Positions 61,394 to 64,000 of a DNA stretch of 64,000 bases are shown one piece after another. A model generated the notes under the pieces. The model saw only the letters and a program-made list of their open reading frames with translations, did no database searches and was not told where the DNA came from. Each line of letters begins with the position of its first letter. Position 1 is the stretch's first letter. The position numbers were made by a program, and so were the translations under genes. Source of the stretch: Candidatus Zhuqueibacterota bacterium (lineage in GTDB: Bacteria > Zhuqueibacterota > Zhuqueibacteria > Thermofontimicrobiales > Thermofontimicrobiaceae); assembly GCA_034505795.1 (NCBI GenBank), contig JAPDQM010000007.1, positions 1,590-65,589 of the forward strand, read 5' to 3'.

Positions 61394-61407
61394 TTGAAAC
61401 GTTTCAA
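61394..61407. promoter_or_regulatory. perfect 14-bp palindrome TTGAAACGTTTCAA (LacI-family operator candidate) overlapping a putative -10 (TATATT) upstream of GH8
   Basis: Seen in sequence 40 bp upstream of the GH8 start. LacI-type operators are CG-centred palindromes of this form. Confidence 0.6.
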
Positions 61408-61446
61408 TTTTTTTGTAATGTCCAACCAAATCAAGGCAAGGTGGCG

Positions 61447-62721
61447 ATGGCAATAACCGCTTTTCTAACCGCTCTTATTTTTAGCTCGCTGCTGATGCAT
61501 CCAGTTAGCTATCATCCGACCTGTAACAGCTATCCGCAGCACCGAAACACACAAATTGGCACAGCAGGAGCCTACTACAACCATCAATATCCCAATCTTT
61601 TTATCGAACTGCTCCACAAAACACCGATTGAGGTCCAAAACCGCATCGACAGCACTTTCAACCAATTATTTCATGGCGATGACCAAACCCAGCGCATTTA
61701 CTTTCCGGCTGAACCTGATATGGCCTATATCGAAGATATCGGGAACCGTGATGTTCGTACCGAAGGTATGTCCTATGGCATGATGATCGCAGTTCAACTC
61801 AACAGAAAAAATGAATTCGACCGATTGTGGAAATGGGCAAAAACCTTCATGCAGCATCAGAGCGGTCCGAGTAAAGATTTTTTTGCCTGGCACTGCCGAA
61901 CCGACGGAACCAAAATTGATCAAAACTCTGCCTCTGATGGTGAAGAGTGGTTTGTCATGGCATTGTTTTTTGCCTCGGCCCGATGGGGCAATGGAGAAGG
62001 AATTTTTAATTATAAAGCTGAGGCGCAAAAAATATTAGACGCCATGCTCTCAAAGGCTGAATGTTCGGATCGACCTGATGTCATAACCAATATGTTCAAT
62101 AAAAAACACAAACAGGTGGTTTTTGTGCCGGTGGGAAACGCCGATGATTTCACGGATCCATCCTATCATTTGCCGCATTTTTACGAGCTATGGGCGCGCT
62201 GGGCGGATAAAAATAACCAGTTCTGGCGCGAAGCCGCTGACACCAGCCGTCAATTTTTAAAAAGGGCCGTCCATCCCCAAACCGGATTAGCGCCAGATTA
62301 TGCTCGATTCGATGGTTCACCTTTTGATCCATTTTGGGGCGGCGGGCACAAAGATTTCCGGTTCGATGCCTGGCGCGTGGCCATGAATGTTGCAATGGAT
62401 TACCATTGGTTTGCTCGGGATGATTGGGCCGTCATGCAGTCCAATCGGCTGCTTGATTTTTTTTCCAACCAGGGCATTAACAGCTATGGCAATCAATACA
62501 CGCTGGATGGTAAAAAATTGGGAGACGATCATAGCGCCGGTCTGGTTGCCATGAATGCTGTGGCAGCTTTAGCCGCCACCCATGAAAAACGAAAGGATTT
62601 TGTCGAAGAATTGTGGAAATTGCCCATTCCCACTGGAACATGGAGATACTACGATGGGATGTTGTATCTGCTGGCGCTGCTCCAACTCAGCGGCAATTTC
62701 AAAATTTATCAGATACCTTAG
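61447..62721 (+). CDS. GH8 glycoside hydrolase (possible reducing-end xylose-releasing exo-oligoxylanase type)
   Basis: RTEGMSYGMMIAV (GH8 catalytic Glu context) and ASDGEEWFVMALFFASARW resembling the GH8 PROSITE signature. Start at ATG 61447 (a GTG at 61441 is also possible). Signal-like MAITAFLTALIFSSLL. Confidence 0.65.
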   Translation: MAITAFLTALIFSSLLMHPVSYHPTCNSYPQHRNTQIGTAGAYYNHQYPNLFIELLHKTPIEVQNRIDSTFNQLFHGDDQTQRIYFPAEPDMAYIEDIGNRDVRTEGMSYGMMIAVQLNRKNEFDRLWKWAKTFMQHQSGPSKDFFAWHCRTDGTKIDQNSASDGEEWFVMALFFASARWGNGEGIFNYKAEAQKILDAMLSKAECSDRPDVITNMFNKKHKQVVFVPVGNADDFTDPSYHLPHFYELWARWADKNNQFWREAADTSRQFLKRAVHPQTGLAPDYARFDGSPFDPFWGGGHKDFRFDAWRVAMNVAMDYHWFARDDWAVMQSNRLLDFFSNQGINSYGNQYTLDGKKLGDDHSAGLVAMNAVAALAATHEKRKDFVEELWKLPIPTGTWRYYDGMLYLLALLQLSGNFKIYQIP

Positions 62722-62772
62722 ATTTCAGAATTAGTCCATTTCGGCAGAATGCATAAAAACAGATTAATTTGT

Positions 62773-62874
62773 TGTCATTCCGAACGGAGCGAAGCGGAGT
62801 GAGGAATCTTTAGATTATGCAGAACCAATGACTTTTACAGATTCCTCTCCGCCGATTGGCGGATCGGAATGACA
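62773..62874. repeat. ~100-bp nested imperfect palindromic element (REP/MITE-like) between GH8 and GH115
   Basis: Outer 11-bp inverted repeat TGTCATTCCGA (62773-83) / TCGGAATGACA (62864-74). Inner 9-bp inverted repeat GAGGAATCT (62801-09) / AGATTCCTC (62839-47). Partial complementarity between CGGAGCGAAGCGGAG and CTCCGCCGATTGGCGG. Confidence 0.5.
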
Positions 62875-62964
62875 TGTAATGCCTAAAAATTTTTATTTTC
62901 ACACAGTCTGGCGAGGTGGACCCGATCTCACTCCATCACTTGAAATTTAAATTAGGTGACTCCC

Positions 62965-64000
62965 ATGACTCGTACCAGCAGAATTGCTTTTCTTTCAATC
63001 CTTAATTATTTCTGGCCAACCGTGTTACTCATCTCACTTTTAACCATTTTCCTATTTGTTTGCCCAAAACCTGCACCAGCAAAAAGCAATCTGTCTTACA
63101 TCTCCACTGAAAAAAGCGAGGGGGCATTCACTCTTTCAACTAGCGGCAAATCAGCGCCATTATGCGTCAGTTCTCAGGATTATCCCGGCGTGATCCGCGT
63201 TTTGAAACTCCTGCAAGCCGACATTGAACGGGTAACAAACGTCAAGCCCGATCTTTCAATAGATGTGATACCGGCCGGCAGTGAAGTCGTTCTGATTGGA
63301 ACGTTGGGCAAAAGCCCACTGATCGACAAGCTGGTTGCAGATAAAAAACTTGAGGTCGATGACATCGCCGGAAAGTGGGAAACATTTTTAATTCAGATTT
63401 TGGAGCAGCCATTTCAAAATGTCGATCGTGCTTTGATAATTGTTGGCAGCGACAAGCGGGGCACGATCTTCGGCATGTTCGATCTTGCCGAGAAAATCGG
63501 CGTCTCGCCCTGGTATTGGTGGGCTGATGTGCCGCCGAAAAAGAAAGCTGAAATTTATGTGCTTCCCGGTCGGCATACGTTGGGTGAGCCCAAAGTAAAG
63601 TATCGGGGCATTTTTATTAATGACGAAGCGCCCGCTCTTTCCGGCTGGGCGTATGAAAAATTTGGTGGCTTTAATTCCAAGTTTTATGAACATGTATTTG
63701 AGCTAATATTAAGATTGAAAGGCAACTTCCTTTGGCCCGCGATGTGGGGCAGAGCTTTTTATGATGACGACCCAGAAAATCCCCGATTGGCCGATGAATA
63801 TGGCGTGGTGATCAGCACCTCCCACCATGAACCCATGATGCGGGCGCATGACGAATGGCGACGCTATGGCTCCGGTCCCTGGAATTATGAAAAGAATGAA
63901 GCCAATCTCAAGAAGTTTTGGCGAGAAGGCATCCAACGCATGGGTAATTACGAAAGCATCGTTACTCTGGCCATGCGCGGGGATGGCGATGAACCTATGA
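62965..64000 (+). CDS. GH115-like alpha-glucuronidase (partial; continues beyond window)
   Basis: Manual translation MTRTSRIAFLSIL...RGIFINDEAPALSGWAYEKFGGFNSKFYEHVFELILRLKGNFLWPAMW...VISTSHHEPMMRAHDEWRR with no stop before the window end. Resembles the GH115 catalytic domain from memory. Confidence 0.45.
   Translation, partial: MTRTSRIAFLSILNYFWPTVLLISLLTIFLFVCPKPAPAKSNLSYISTEKSEGAFTLSTSGKSAPLCVSSQDYPGVIRVLKLLQADIERVTNVKPDLSIDVIPAGSEVVLIGTLGKSPLIDKLVADKKLEVDDIAGKWETFLIQILEQPFQNVDRALIIVGSDKRGTIFGMFDLAEKIGVSPWYWWADVPPKKKAEIYVLPGRHTLGEPKVKYRGIFINDEAPALSGWAYEKFGGFNSKFYEHVFELILRLKGNFLWPAMWGRAFYDDDPENPRLADEYGVVISTSHHEPMMRAHDEWRRYGSGPWNYEKNEANLKKFWREGIQRMGNYESIVTLAMRGDGDEPM

Noticed and set aside
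1-64000. CRISPR arrays, tRNA/rRNA/tmRNA/RNase P/SRP genes, IS/transposase or integrase genes, toxin-antitoxin or restriction-modification modules
   Set aside because: I scanned intergenic regions for regularly spaced direct repeats, T-loop/anticodon-stem signatures and conserved ncRNA boxes. None were found, and no transposase or integrase-like ORF is present.

Overview
This is a gene-dense bacterial window with no rRNA, tRNA or CRISPR found. Three large secreted proteins end in a Por/T9SS-type C-terminal sorting domain (..NYPNPFN..), which suggests an FCB-group or related candidate-phylum polysaccharide degrader. The window holds five clusters. (1) 1-15.2 kb is a co-directional minus-strand block: a lipoprotein, a C1B papain-like aminopeptidase, an HgdB/DUF2229-like protein, an M61-like PDZ protein with degenerate zinc ligands, a dedicated ACP / acyl-AMP ligase / alpha-oxoamine synthase / AcpS operon (sphingolipid-, sulfonolipid- or amino-lipid-type), a C25 gingipain-like T9SS protease and a secreted double-HKD PLD-family protein. 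(2) 15.4-20.4 kb encodes an unusual Omp85-family barrel whose periplasmic part is a HEXXH metallopeptidase-like domain plus a PD40 propeller instead of POTRA domains, followed by a BamB-like PQQ lipoprotein and a PEGA protein. (3) 20.9-27.6 kb holds housekeeping genes: valS, a DUF4139-like gene, recG and a DUF1844 gene. (4) 28.0-36.4 kb is a candidate glycosylation locus: SAM methyltransferase, GT4, two tandem paralogous DUF2723/TMEM260-like GT-C proteins with TPR tails, and a flippase-like membrane protein. Downstream lie a lipoprotein, an atypical REC-PAS-PAS protein, a THEP1-type NTPase, a Trx-like lipoprotein, an SDR and a DapA-like aldolase. (5) 43-64 kb carries a PKD/T9SS surface protein, a beta-CASP MBL nuclease, pfk, elbB and a LacI-regulated CAZyme cluster (GH3+PA14, GH97, beta-helix, SSS transporter, CE8 pectinesterase, GH8, partial GH115) with palindromic operators. 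Several strong hairpins/terminators and a ~100-bp palindromic repeat element are also visible.
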